A stretch of DNA of 64,000 bases from Thecamonas trahens ATCC 50062 (GCF_000142905.1 NW_013657662.1:372001-436000); one strand, 5' to 3'. Shown: positions 38,206 to 48,899, counted from the first letter of the stretch. The notes: generated from the sequence alone by a model not told the origin. Program-made: numbers and translations.

Positions 38206-41169
38206 TCACATGTTGAGCGACTCAAAGAGCGCAAGCATGTCCTTCACGGACCGCTTGCGCACCGTCGACTCGGCGGCGGCAACAGCAGCCTCGTCACGTC
38301 GCTCGGCAAGCGTCCGCGGCTTGAGAGGAGGCTGGGGACGCCGGGAAGGAGAATCTTCTCCGGGTACTTCGCTTGCTTGGTCCAAATTCGACGCAGCTGG
38401 AGGTGACGATGATGACGATGATGATGATGATGACGATGGAGATGATGACGACGACGACGACGACGACGATGACGATGACGATGCCGCAGTCGATGGCGTG
38501 GCCGATCGTGCCAATGAAGTGGGCGAGGTCGGATGAGACCGATCTGCTGGGCGGAACACGTCGTTGATGTTAGGACGCGGTGGACGCGGCGGGCGGGTCG
38601 GTGCAGCTGGGGCAGTGCGGGATGCGTTTTGTGCGGCGGCAAGCGCACGGAGCGACCGCGCCGACTCGCGCAGCGCTGCCATGGTCCGCGACTGCTGCTG
38701 CGCTGCCGCAATCGAGATTCGCCGCTGGCCGCCGATCTTGACAAACTCGGCAGACATCTCCTCCTCCACATCAACGACCGAGATGCGGCGCGAGCGGCGG
38801 CCGGGGAGCTGCGGCGAGCCCGGCCGCGACGGCGGCAGCGGCAGGACAACCGGTGGTGCAAACTCGGGATTGTCCCAGCCATCCTTGGCGGGCGCGTCGT
38901 CAAACTGGTTTTCCAGCTCAAACACCACACGCGAGAACGGAGGGCGGTCCTTAGCATAGTACGCCGCACACGCCAGCGCCAGCGCCATGAACGCCTCGGG
39001 GGTTGACTTGGGCGCAGCCGCTCGAACGTTGGCAGCATTCAGTTCGAAGCACTCCATCGGCTTCCGGCAGATCTTCGGATCCGACGGCTTGAGCCGGGTA
39101 ATCAGCTCCACGAGTACAATGCCAAAGGAAAAGACATCAACCGCAAGGTCGTAGTTCTCCCCAAGCGTCAGCTCGGGCGCCATCCACTCATCTGTTCCAC
39201 ACATTGTCATCCGCCGCAGCTTGCGCTTCGAGTTGGGTGTCAGCTTGGCGTCGCCGGGCGTCGGCACCTCTTCCATCACCTTGGCAAAGCCAAAGTCAGC
39301 GACCTTGCAGTGGAACTCGGCGTCGACCAGCACGTTGGCCGACTTGAGATCACGGTGCATCATCGAGTTGTCGTGCAGGTACTCCATCGCAGACGCAATC
39401 TCAAACGCAAACCGCAGCCGCAGCTTCCACGACAGATCCGCCGATGTGTTCTCGATCCATGTCTCGAGGTCATTGTTCGGCACCAGTTCGGTGAGAACCC
39501 AGAGGCCAGCCGAGCCGGCCGAAGTGACGCCAACAAACCGCAGGATGTGCGGATGAACAAGCTGCTTGAGGATGGCGATCTCGCGCTTGAGGAAGGTCTT
39601 TGTCTGTTCGTCTTGCGGGAGAGCCATCTTCTTGACCGCCACAGTCTCTCCACGGTACTCGCCGCGATAGACCTTGGAGAACATGCCCTTACCCAGCTCC
39701 TCAAACAGCTCCACCTCATCCTCGCGTATGAGCCACTCGTCATTCCCGGCGTAGACATCTGTCTCGGCCTGGGCCGATGTGTCTTCGGGGGAACACGGAG
39801 CACGAGCTTCAACATCGGCATCCGACGACGGCGAGACCAGCGGCGAGTTGTTTGCAGACCGCGTGGCCGTCTCGAGTGCAGTGTGGAGCAGCGGCTTCAT
39901 CGCCGACCGGCGACGCGACTTGCGGCGCGAGTTTTGGATCATGCCCACTCGCCCGAGCGGGTTGGCCGACGACGACAGCATGACCGAGACCCGCCGGCCG
40001 GACTCGAGCTGCAGAAACTCGGACGAGTTGCGCTCCTCAGCGTCGATGACTGAGATGCGCCGCGAAGCCCGCCGCAGTGCCTTGGCCTCTTCCGCTCGCA
40101 GCGGCACTACAGGCTCCAAGACTGGCGGCGTGTAGTCGGGCTCGTCCCACCGCTCGACAGCCGCGGCGTCGTCAAACTGGCCCTCTAGCTCGTACACCAC
40201 ACGCGAGAACTCGGGCCGGTCCTTTGGATAGTATGCCGCGCAGGCAAACGCCAGATCCATAAACATCTCTGGTGTATCGTCCGGCGACGCCAGCAGCACT
40301 CGTGACTTGTTGAGCTCAAAGCACTCCATCGGCGTCCGACAGATCTTCGGATCCGACGGCTTGAGCCGGGTGATCAGCTCCACGAGTACAATGCCGAACG
40401 AGAAGACGTCGACAGAGAGGTCGTAGTCCTCGCCTAGCGTCAACTCGGGCGCCATCCAGTCGTCTGTTCCGCACATCGTCATCCGCGCGCTGTCCCCGCC
40501 CCCAGTATCGCCTAGAACCTTGGCAAAGCCAAAGTCAGCGACCTTGCAGTGGAACTCGGCGTCGACCAGCACGTTGGCCGACTTGAGATCACGGTGCATC
40601 ATCGAGTTGTCGTGCAGGTACTCCATCGCAGACGCAATCTCAAACGCAAACCGTAGCCGCAGCTTCCACGACAGATCCGCCGATGTGTTCTCGATCCATG
40701 TCTCGAGGTCATTGTTCGGCACCAGTTCGGTGAGAACCCAGAGGCCAGCCGAGCCGGCCGAAGTGACGCCAACAAACCGCAGGATGTGCGGATGAACAAG
40801 CTGCTTGAGGATGGCGATCTCGCGCTTGAGGAAGGTCTTTGTCTGTTCGTCTTGCGGGAGAGCCATCTTCTTGACCGCCACAGTCTCTCCACGGTACTCG
40901 CCACGATAGACCTTGGAGAACATGCCATGACCTACCCCCTCCCCCAACACCCCCATCCATAGCAACTTCATAAGTGTCCTGCTGTCTGCCGTGTCCCCTA
41001 CCCTCCCACCGTTGCTTGGCGTGGGCATGGGCGGTGGCTCAGGTGCCACCACCCCCCCGTCGACCCCCCGCCCCCACCCCCCCCACCCCGTCCCCATGTC
41101 CATACCCAGCTCTTCAAACACATCCACCTCATCCTCTGTAATGAGCCAGGGGTCGGGCGGGACGTCCAT
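38206..41169 (-). CDS. Dual-domain tyrosine-kinase-like (LIMK/TESK-like) protein kinase; intron 40932-41105
   Basis: Two complete kinase domains (G.GMFSKVY, VAVKK, HRDLKSANVL, DFG, CGT..WMAPE). GTATGG..GTAG intron restores ELGHGMF. Confidence 0.9.
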   Translation of the reverse strand: MDVPPDPWLITEDEVDVFEELGMDMGTGWGGWGRGVDGGVVAPEPPPMPTPSNGGRVGDTADSRTLMKLLWMGVLGEGVGHGMFSKVYRGEYRGETVAVKKMALPQDEQTKTFLKREIAILKQLVHPHILRFVGVTSAGSAGLWVLTELVPNNDLETWIENTSADLSWKLRLRFAFEIASAMEYLHDNSMMHRDLKSANVLVDAEFHCKVADFGFAKVLGDTGGGDSARMTMCGTDDWMAPELTLGEDYDLSVDVFSFGIVLVELITRLKPSDPKICRTPMECFELNKSRVLLASPDDTPEMFMDLAFACAAYYPKDRPEFSRVVYELEGQFDDAAAVERWDEPDYTPPVLEPVVPLRAEEAKALRRASRRISVIDAEERNSSEFLQLESGRRVSVMLSSSANPLGRVGMIQNSRRKSRRRSAMKPLLHTALETATRSANNSPLVSPSSDADVEARAPCSPEDTSAQAETDVYAGNDEWLIREDEVELFEELGKGMFSKVYRGEYRGETVAVKKMALPQDEQTKTFLKREIAILKQLVHPHILRFVGVTSAGSAGLWVLTELVPNNDLETWIENTSADLSWKLRLRFAFEIASAMEYLHDNSMMHRDLKSANVLVDAEFHCKVADFGFAKVMEEVPTPGDAKLTPNSKRKLRRMTMCGTDEWMAPELTLGENYDLAVDVFSFGIVLVELITRLKPSDPKICRKPMECFELNAANVRAAAPKSTPEAFMALALACAAYYAKDRPPFSRVVFELENQFDDAPAKDGWDNPEFAPPVVLPLPPSRPGSPQLPGRRSRRISVVDVEEEMSAEFVKIGGQRRISIAAAQQQSRTMAALRESARSLRALAAAQNASRTAPAAPTRPPRPPRPNINDVFRPADRSHPTSPTSLARSATPSTAASSSSSSSSSSSSSSPSSSSSSSSSSSPPAASNLDQASEVPGEDSPSRRPQPPLKPRTLAERRDEAAVAAAESTVRKRSVKDMLALFESLNM

Positions 41170-41243
41170 CTCGGGCTACCAGTCTTGAACGGTGACGGTG
41201 TTGAGTCGAGTGCTACTGCCTTCTCAAACTGGTCGTCTGTCTG

Positions 41244-41485
41244 GCAAAGGTTGCTCACCGAACGTCTCTCGCCTGCTGCTGTCGTCGCGCGCGCCATCAG
41301 CGTCACTGGCGCGATTCTGCTCTCGGTTGCCGCCTTTGGGAAGTTACCCACTTCTTGCAGCATCTTGCAGCTTGCTCGCCTTGGTGGCCTTGCAAAGGTT
41401 GCTCACCGAACGTCTCTCGCCTGCCGCCTGTCGTCGCGCGCCATCAGCGCTACGGGCGCGATTCTGCTTTCGGTTGTCGCCTTTC
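41244..41485. repeat. Imperfect ~93-bp direct repeat, two copies, period ~148
   Basis: GCAAAGGTTGCTCACCGAACGTCTCTCGCCTG...GGCGCGATTCTGCT.TCGGTTG.CGCCTT at ~41244 and ~41392. Confidence 0.8.
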
Positions 41486-41705
41486 TCCATGACGGCGGAC
41501 AAGTGGAGGTTACCGACATACTTGTGGCATGTCACAGTTTGCCGAGGGCAAGCGATGAGGGGCACAGCGAGTTTGCGCGCGGCCTTGCCGGCGTGCGCCT
41601 TGATCGCGATCTACCAGCGGTTGGGGCGGCAGGTGCAGTGGCATGTACAGCCACGACAGAGCCAGACAACGCTCTAACCAGGCATAGCTGCAATAACGGG
41701 GCCAA

Positions 41706-41936
41706 TCACGAGCCACTTGCGTAGATCATGACAAAGGCGATAAAGGTGAGGATGGCGGAGACGATGACGACACCGATGACAGCCGGGAAGGCCAAAGCGT
41801 AATAGACATCGGGAAAGAATGATCTCAGGGTATGATCTGGATCCACAAAGGGGAGCAAGAACAACCAAACTGCATAGTATACCATCCCTGCACCCATCAC
41901 CGCCAGCATGGTACTCCCCACAGCCTGATTGTTCAC
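41706..41936 (-). CDS. DPM2: Dolichol-phosphate mannosyltransferase subunit 2; last exon, 5' exon in or beyond the gap
   Basis: YYAVWLFLLPFVDPDHTLRSFFPDVYYALAFP; preceded by a TTAG acceptor. Confidence 0.85.
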   Translation of the reverse strand: MNNQAVGSTMLAVMGAGMVYYAVWLFLLPFVDPDHTLRSFFPDVYYALAFPAVIGVVIVSAILTFIAFVMIYASGS

Positions 41937-41974
41937 CTAATCTCCTTCCCCCCCGGGAGGCTCGATACGGGGAC

Positions 41975-42256
41975 NNNNNNNNNNNNNNNNNNNNNNNNNN
42001 NNNNNNNNNNNNNNNNNNNNNNNNNNNNNNNNNNNNNNNNNNNNNNNNNNNNNNNNNNNNNNNNNNNNNNNNNNNNNNNNNNNNNNNNNNNNNNNNNNNN
42101 NNNNNNNNNNNNNNNNNNNNNNNNNNNNNNNNNNNNNNNNNNNNNNNNNNNNNNNNNNNNNNNNNNNNNNNNNNNNNNNNNNNNNNNNNNNNNNNNNNNN
42201 NNNNNNNNNNNNNNNNNNNNNNNNNNNNNNNNNNNNNNNNNNNNNNNNNNNNNNNN
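41975..42256. other. Assembly gap (N run)
   Basis: Run of N. Confidence 1.
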
Positions 42257-42446
42257 GCGGTGTCCGCCCCTCCCCCCTCCTCCTCCTCCTTCCTCCCTCT
42301 CAGACGCCCATACCATGGCTCTGTAGGTACACTTCAGTAGTATACCAGCGACAGGTGTGGCTACTGTGGTTGTTGTCCTGTCCTGTGTGGTCTGTGGTCT
42401 ATGGTATGTTCACTCACTCCACAGTGGTGCATCACCAGCCACCAGC

Positions 42447-42527
42447 CACCATCACCATCACCATCACCATCACCATCACCATCACCATCACCATCACCAT
42501 CACCATCACCATCACCATCATCACCAT
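42447..42527 (+). repeat. (CACCAT)n microsatellite
   Basis: About 13 tandem hexamers. Confidence 0.95.
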
Positions 42528-42722
42528 CGCAACCACACCGAACATCCTAAGATCAAGACGTATCTCAAGCATCACAAGTCAAACATCCCCCATCTCCGCC
42601 CCGATCCCATCCGACTCACTGCCTCCTCCTGTCTCGTCCCCGCCCCTTACACCGCCATCGCATCGCACATCGCTCTCTCTCTCTCCCCCCCCCCCCCCCC
42701 TCCTCTCTCATTTGTCGGCAAC

Positions 42723-44360
42723 ATGCTTTTCGCACTGGCAACCTACTTTGGCTACGGCCTTGGGCTCTGCCTGGTGGCGCTGGTCATCCACGTCCTCTCC
42801 CAGCCTGACCCATACTCGTTCTCTCTCGATACCTACTTCCGCTTCCGCAACTGGTCCCGCGAGGTCTCCCTCCGTCCTAATTCTGTGGTCTATCCCGAGT
42901 CGGTGGCCGATGTGGTAGCAGTGGTCAAAGAGACTCTCGCTGCCGGCTCTTCCCTCCGCGTTGTTGGTGCCGGTCACTCGTGGAACGATGCCATGGCTTC
43001 ATCGACCACTATGGTCTCGCTCGATCGCATGGATGCCATTCTCAACATTGTGTGGCTCGACAACGGTGATGCCTTTGCCAGCGACGACGACGGCGTGCTC
43101 TCGGCCGATGATTCGCTCTTTGACTCGGACGACGACTCGCTCGGCGTCTTTGTTCCCGACGGCGTCGGCGACGACCTCCCTGTTCCCGAGTGGAGCGAGG
43201 CCTCTCACGAGCTGGATGCTTTGCTGCTGGCTGCCTCCGACCTCCCGCCGTGCTCCATCCACTCGGCCGATGCTGTGGCGCACGTCACTGTCGAGGCCGG
43301 CATCCGCTTCCAGGCGCTGCAGGATGCTCTCGCCGAGCAAGGCCTCGCCTTTGCCGCCCTGCCCTCGGTCGCCGCCCAGTCTGCTGGCGGTCTCATTGCT
43401 ACCGGCACCCACTCCAACGGCCCGGGCCACCAGAACCTCTCCAACTACGTTGCCGCCGTCGAGATTGTCGACGGCGCGGGCAACGTCCGGGTCGTCACAA
43501 ACGGTCCATCGTGCGACGACGCGCGCTGGTTTGACGCCGTCCGCCTCTCGCTCGGCTCGCTCGGCATCATCACCAAGATCACCTTTGAACTCGTCCCGCT
43601 CTTTAAGCTCACCAAGATCGAGCACCCCGTCTCCTGGGACTATGTCCTCGACCATGTCGACGAGCTCATCGAGTCCGAGGAGTTTTTCAAGCTGTGGACC
43701 TTTCCGCGAACAGGCGTCACCCAGCTCTCTGTCTACCGGCGGACTGATCCGAGCGTGCCGTCGACCACGGGCCTTGCCAGCTACCTCGAGAACGTAGTCA
43801 TTCAGCAGTACGTCGTCAATGCCGTCCTGTGGGCCACCTCGTGGTTCCCGTCCGTCATTGGCCCAACCATGCGGTGCCTCACCGCCATCCTCGGCGAGCG
43901 TGTAGCCGTCGATCGCTCCGACGCTCTCTTCAACATCCCGGTTCTCATCCGCCACTTTGAGCTCGAGATTGCCTTTTCGGTCGAGTCGGCCAGGCAGGTC
44001 TTGGACGACCTGCTCGCCGAGCTTGAAGCCTCGGACCTTGCGTTCAACATGCCACTCGAGATCCGCTTTGTTGCCGCCGACCAGCTGTGGCTCTCCAACA
44101 ACTACTCGCGCGCCGCCATCCACATCACCGCTTGCCTCTACGGCCTCGATCCCAAGCCGTACTACGACCTCTTTGAGGCCTTTGCCGCCCAGCGCGGCGG
44201 GCGGCCGCATTGGGGCAAGTACTTTACCCATGATGCGGCTCAGCTGGCTGCGCTCTACCCGCGCTGGGACGAGTTCCAGGCTGCGCGTGCAGCCTTTGAT
44301 CCGCACCACGTTTTTGCCAACGACTGGTCCTCCCGCGTCCTCGGCGAGCCCCGCGCCTGA
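42723..44360 (+). CDS. L-gulono-1,4-lactone oxidase / D-arabinono-1,4-lactone oxidase family flavoprotein
   Basis: FRNWSR, VVGAGHSWN, GGLIATGTH, SLGSLGIIT, PLEIRFV, GGRPHWGK; N-terminal TM; ATG at 42723. Confidence 0.88.
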   Translation: MLFALATYFGYGLGLCLVALVIHVLSQPDPYSFSLDTYFRFRNWSREVSLRPNSVVYPESVADVVAVVKETLAAGSSLRVVGAGHSWNDAMASSTTMVSLDRMDAILNIVWLDNGDAFASDDDGVLSADDSLFDSDDDSLGVFVPDGVGDDLPVPEWSEASHELDALLLAASDLPPCSIHSADAVAHVTVEAGIRFQALQDALAEQGLAFAALPSVAAQSAGGLIATGTHSNGPGHQNLSNYVAAVEIVDGAGNVRVVTNGPSCDDARWFDAVRLSLGSLGIITKITFELVPLFKLTKIEHPVSWDYVLDHVDELIESEEFFKLWTFPRTGVTQLSVYRRTDPSVPSTTGLASYLENVVIQQYVVNAVLWATSWFPSVIGPTMRCLTAILGERVAVDRSDALFNIPVLIRHFELEIAFSVESARQVLDDLLAELEASDLAFNMPLEIRFVAADQLWLSNNYSRAAIHITACLYGLDPKPYYDLFEAFAAQRGGRPHWGKYFTHDAAQLAALYPRWDEFQAARAAFDPHHVFANDWSSRVLGEPRA

Positions 44361-44363
44361 GCC

Positions 44364-46643
44364 TCACCGGGACGCCGCGATGATGGCCTGCGACAGCGTC
44401 TCGCACCACGCGTCCCGCTCCTCAACCGTCGCCGCCGACAAGTAAAACGTTTTCCGAGTATCGGTGACGGCAAATGACGTCGCCGCACGCCCATCCTTGA
44501 ACGTCTCAATCGTCGAGTTGGTGTGCAGCAGCGTCGCACCCTTGAGCAGGACCTGGCCCTTGGCCTTATTGAACGCCGGCGCCTCCGGGTTCTGCTCATC
44601 TACAAAGTAGTAAAGGACGCGCCCGTCGGCCGAGAGAGTCACCCAGCGCGGCGCCCACACGTGTCGAATGTCTGACCGCCGATCCAGCCAGCCGTGCTTG
44701 GAAAAGCCCGAGCCGACCTCGCTCGTCGAGTGGGTGCCCAGTACCTCAACAGCCGAAGTTCCGCTAGCACCGGGCGTCGACCCGCTTGCGCCGGCCTCAT
44801 CGTTGGTCGCGAGCCCGGCACTCGCTCCAGTATGTGGCGTGAACGTCATGTCCAGGTGCAGCCGCCCGCTCTCGGTGTTGTGGAGCGAGATCCAGTGCTG
44901 GCCCTGCAGCTCCGAAACAATCGTCGCAATGTTGATGACAGCGTCACCAAGCGGCTTGTCGCGCCCGATAGTCTCCTTCTCGTTGACCATGATGAACAGC
45001 TGCTGGGTGGCCACGTCGTCGACGGCAATGTGGAACGTCTCCTCCCACACAGGATCCGACGTCTTTTTCTTGACTGCCGACGAGTGGACCTCGTCGCCGA
45101 CGCGGAATACCACGTACGGGTTGCACGTCGGCTTTTTGCCCAGAATCAGCGACTTGGTCGTGGCAATCGAGTCGCCCTTGATGAGTCGAACCGAGAGCAC
45201 GCCTGGCTGAGCAACCTCGGCCAAACACACTTCCATGTTGAGCGAGATCTGGATCTCGCCAGAGCCCGCCTGCTCGAGTGGAATCCACTTCGTCACTTCG
45301 AGGACAGGCTCCGCAGGCTTGACGGGCCCAAGCTCGGACGCGGCAGCCTCGGCCACGTACGCCTCTGACTCGGCCTCGGCCTTACCCTTGTGGTTGGAGG
45401 CGAGGCCGGGATCGCTCCCCACCGGCAGCGCCGACGCGTCGTCGAGCGTCATGCTGTCGGCCGGCACACTTGTCGTGCCCAGCGATGCGAGGTCAGCCTT
45501 GGCCGCCACGCTCACTGACTTCTTGACGCGGTAGGTGTCCACTTCGGCCTGCAAGCCGACGGTGGCCGTCCCCAATAGCGTGTTCTTCAGCAGCCGGTCT
45601 TCATCGTAGACCTCGAGGAAGAGTGAGAGCGGGCGGACGTCGGTGATGTAGAACACAAAGCTCTCGTTCCACACAGGGCCCAACGCCGACTGAATCACTC
45701 GGGTCTTGTGCTGCTCACCCTCGGCACCGAGGCGGAGGACGACAAACGGGTCCGACGTGCCAGATGAGTCGACGCCTTGTAGCGCCCGTCCGCCACGGAT
45801 GGTCACAACCAGGCGCTTGCGGACAAGCTCATCGGGCGTGGGCACCGCCCAGTCGGCAACGTCGTAAGTGTACCGCTTCGGCCACGACATCATGTCGGCC
45901 ACACCGTTAGTAATGAGCGAGCGGAGCCAGCCCGAGAGCGCCGGCACGCCCAGGAGGTCGACGCCCTTGAGCGGCTTGATGGTCACATCGATGTCGGGCT
46001 TGCCTAGGAACGACACATGGCAGATCCGGACGTAGTTCTCGGTGTCAATCGTTATGATCAGCCGGACCTTGCCCACAATCGACAGATCTTTGATAGAGAT
46101 CGGGATCTTGAGGAGACCCATCTTGGCCGAGGCCACCGACACGCCGCCGCCACGATACTCCAGATCCAGATCGAGCTGAAAGGTATCAAACTCGGCAACC
46201 GCGTCATGGCAGTCGGCCGAACAGCGATGAACACGAACTGATTTGATGTACGGCGCCCGCTTTCCGAGCTCAAAGCGGGAGAACCGAAACTCGGAGCAGC
46301 CGGGCGGCTTGTAGTACTCGAGCCACGGATCGAGCGTCTCGCGCATGTACTCATCAAACGCAATGTGCGAGACATTGAAGATGCGCTGGAGCACCACATT
46401 GAGCCACTCCACCGACTCGAGCCGTGACTCTTCAAACTTGAGATCCATCAGCGATGCCGCCTGCCTTTGCAGAGCCCGCTCGCCGGCCAGCTGGCCCGAC
46501 CTGGCCAGCCACGCCAGGCTCCCACCCACCAGGACAACTAGCCACAGCCATGCCGTCGACGACTCTATCCACCGTCCGAGCACAAAGGCCACAACCACAA
46601 GGCACGCGCCCACTTTCGGGCTGTGAGCGAGGTCGGTGTTCAT
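44364..46643 (-). CDS. Extended-synaptotagmin-like protein: TM hairpin, SMP, two C2, PH
   Basis: ESVEWLN..L (SMP); DSSGTSDPFV and PVWEETF (C2); KHGWLDRRS...WAPRWVTL...EERDAWCETL (PH). Confidence 0.85.
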   Translation of the reverse strand: MNTDLAHSPKVGACLVVVAFVLGRWIESSTAWLWLVVLVGGSLAWLARSGQLAGERALQRQAASLMDLKFEESRLESVEWLNVVLQRIFNVSHIAFDEYMRETLDPWLEYYKPPGCSEFRFSRFELGKRAPYIKSVRVHRCSADCHDAVAEFDTFQLDLDLEYRGGGVSVASAKMGLLKIPISIKDLSIVGKVRLIITIDTENYVRICHVSFLGKPDIDVTIKPLKGVDLLGVPALSGWLRSLITNGVADMMSWPKRYTYDVADWAVPTPDELVRKRLVVTIRGGRALQGVDSSGTSDPFVVLRLGAEGEQHKTRVIQSALGPVWNESFVFYITDVRPLSLFLEVYDEDRLLKNTLLGTATVGLQAEVDTYRVKKSVSVAAKADLASLGTTSVPADSMTLDDASALPVGSDPGLASNHKGKAEAESEAYVAEAAASELGPVKPAEPVLEVTKWIPLEQAGSGEIQISLNMEVCLAEVAQPGVLSVRLIKGDSIATTKSLILGKKPTCNPYVVFRVGDEVHSSAVKKKTSDPVWEETFHIAVDDVATQQLFIMVNEKETIGRDKPLGDAVINIATIVSELQGQHWISLHNTESGRLHLDMTFTPHTGASAGLATNDEAGASGSTPGASGTSAVEVLGTHSTSEVGSGFSKHGWLDRRSDIRHVWAPRWVTLSADGRVLYYFVDEQNPEAPAFNKAKGQVLLKGATLLHTNSTIETFKDGRAATSFAVTDTRKTFYLSAATVEERDAWCETLSQAIIAASR

Positions 46644-46781
46644 GCCGGTGGCGGGGGGGCAAGCGTGAGGTGGTGACAAGCGTGAGGTGGCCAGGACGCG
46701 GGGGGGGGGACGCCTCGCTCGGTTGCCTGGTACCTCGCACATGCGACAGGCACAGCGTTTGGGGGTATTGTCATCAGTTTA

Positions 46782-48614
46782 TCACCAACGGGCACGCAGA
46801 CTGGCTTCACGGTGATGAATCTTGAGGCGGGCATTGCGCCTACTGCCGCTGATGTCGTCGTCTTGCCCGCCAGAGTGGCGCGGGTTGTTGGCGTGGATGC
46901 GGGTGGTGCGCGGCAGCTGCGGGACTGTGCTCGGGGCGCGTGTGGGCGATGCGCCGGAGAGTCGAGCAAAGGTCGAGGGCGCCCGCGGCGCAGAATGTGT
47001 GGGACGGGCCCGCGGTGGGTAGGCCGCGGTACCGGGCGCGGCCTGGAGGTTGGCGTACAATCGCGAGAGCGAGACGTACGACGGGGCGGCGTCGGCAGAG
47101 TCAACGGCGGCGCCGCGGACGGCAAGACGGTTGTCTGAGCCGTTGTTGATGGCCGCCAGCGTGTGCAGCCCCTCCGAGTCCGAGTCCGAGTCGGTGTCGC
47201 CAAACGTCACGTTGTGGATGTGCGAGCAATCGGGCGGGCCGCCGCGGGCCGACCGCCGCAGCGACCGCGCGCGCCGCAGGAACAGCCCGCCGCGCACCAC
47301 AGTGGCGTCGTACGGGTCGTCTGGCACGCTGCATGCAGGCCTTCCTTGCGGCGGAGCACAGTACCGCGCCCCAAAGTGGCGATGCATGAGAAAGTGCAGG
47401 TGGTCGGCCAGTTCCCTGGCCTCCTCCGGTTTGGCCACACCGGGCCGCGCTCGCACGTTCTCGCGGACAGAGCCTGAGAACAGGGCGTGCGGCTTGTAGA
47501 TGCGGAGGACCATGCTTGAGCCATGCGACGAGCGCTGCTGGGTTGCCTCTCGGATGGAACGGCCGCCCGCCGGCGCCACCGTCGAATTGTCATCGTCGAG
47601 CCATAAAAATGCGTCCTTGGCTTCGTCCTTGGCCACCGGCGCCACCGCCAGCGGCTCAAAGTCAGCTGATGACGAGCTTGAGCTCGAGTCCGAGCTCGAG
47701 CCCAAGCCTGGCGATCCATCGCCAGACGTAGAGCGCTCTGATGACGACGACATGATGGCAACCGGCCTCTTTGGCGTTGGCTTGACTTTGCGCTTCTTCC
47801 GCGCAACAGGTGACCGGCCCGGGCTATGCGCCTGCGCAGCTTGTGGCTCAGGCTTGACCGTAGGCGCATGCGGTACAAACAGAAACTCGCCCGGCAAAAA
47901 GATGTTGAACAGGTCGTCAGTCTGTGGCAGGCGGCGTTTGCGTGATAAGTGAGCAGGCACAGCGCTGCCGTTCTCACCCGCTGCGGAGCTTTCTGTTCGA
48001 CTTCCTTTGGTCGAAGCTGTTGCCTTCAGGCCATCGACCGCCTTCTTGCGGACACGGCGCTTCTTGCGGATGACGCGCTTGATGGAAACGGCGCCGCGGA
48101 CAATGTCGAGCGTCCGCTGCTTTTTGCGTGGCGGTCCTCGAGGCAGCGGTGCTTTGGGGAGGAGAAGCTTGGACGATGGTGCAGTCACTGATCCGGCGTT
48201 CACGGCCTCGCCTTCTGAGCTGCATGACATGATGAGGCTTGCGTCGTCACATGACGAGCTCAACTCGCTCTCACCATCGCTCTGAGCAGAGGGAGCAAAG
48301 AGCGCCGACGGCGAGAGCGCGGTCCCGCTACGGTTGCCGTAATGCGACTGTGCAGCGTGAAAATGCTTGGGATCAACCAGAACCGAGTTGTTGACGACGG
48401 CAATGGGGTAGTTGCCTGAGCTCTCCCGCGCCAGAGCCATGATTCTGTCGCCGACTCTCGAGAACATGCCACGGAGCTCCGGTGAAGAATGCTCAATGTT
48501 CCGAGTGAGAAGTAGCCGTGGCAAGACTGAGAGCTGGATGCCGCGCGGCCCAGCACCAGCCACCATCTCCATCACCTGCCGCATGACATCGGCCAGGACC
48601 GAGTCGTCCTCCAT
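46782..48614 (-). CDS. Hypothetical low-complexity protein with basic NLS-like clusters
   Basis: Long ORF from ATG 48614; no recognised domain. Confidence 0.55.
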   Translation of the reverse strand: MEDDSVLADVMRQVMEMVAGAGPRGIQLSVLPRLLLTRNIEHSSPELRGMFSRVGDRIMALARESSGNYPIAVVNNSVLVDPKHFHAAQSHYGNRSGTALSPSALFAPSAQSDGESELSSSCDDASLIMSCSSEGEAVNAGSVTAPSSKLLLPKAPLPRGPPRKKQRTLDIVRGAVSIKRVIRKKRRVRKKAVDGLKATASTKGSRTESSAAGENGSAVPAHLSRKRRLPQTDDLFNIFLPGEFLFVPHAPTVKPEPQAAQAHSPGRSPVARKKRKVKPTPKRPVAIMSSSSERSTSGDGSPGLGSSSDSSSSSSSADFEPLAVAPVAKDEAKDAFLWLDDDNSTVAPAGGRSIREATQQRSSHGSSMVLRIYKPHALFSGSVRENVRARPGVAKPEEARELADHLHFLMHRHFGARYCAPPQGRPACSVPDDPYDATVVRGGLFLRRARSLRRSARGGPPDCSHIHNVTFGDTDSDSDSEGLHTLAAINNGSDNRLAVRGAAVDSADAAPSYVSLSRLYANLQAAPGTAAYPPRARPTHSAPRAPSTFARLSGASPTRAPSTVPQLPRTTRIHANNPRHSGGQDDDISGSRRNARLKIHHREASLRARW

Positions 48615-48899
48615 CCTTTGCGCGCGAGCTGTCCGAGCCTTGGGGGAGGGGGGGGCACAGAGAGTACGAGCTTTGACCACCGCCACCGCCACCCCGCTTC
48701 CTGGCTCGATGCAGCTGGTGGTGGGGCGGGGCGGGAGGGAGGGAGAGAGGGAGGGAGTGGTGTGTGTGCGGTGTTTCCTTGCACAGAGGTATGGTGGGTT
48801 CGTCCTTGGCTCCACCGAGTCGCCGTCCTGCGCCGCCAGGACTGAGCCTTGTCATGACCAAGGCGTTGAGCGTGTTGTAAGTGATATACCTATCTTGTC

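Noticed and set aside
42357-42722. Poly-His N-terminal extension of the lactone oxidase
   Set aside because: It has a non-ATG start and comes from a (CACCAT)n microsatellite and C-rich tract next to a gap. The ATG at 42723 gives a sensible start.
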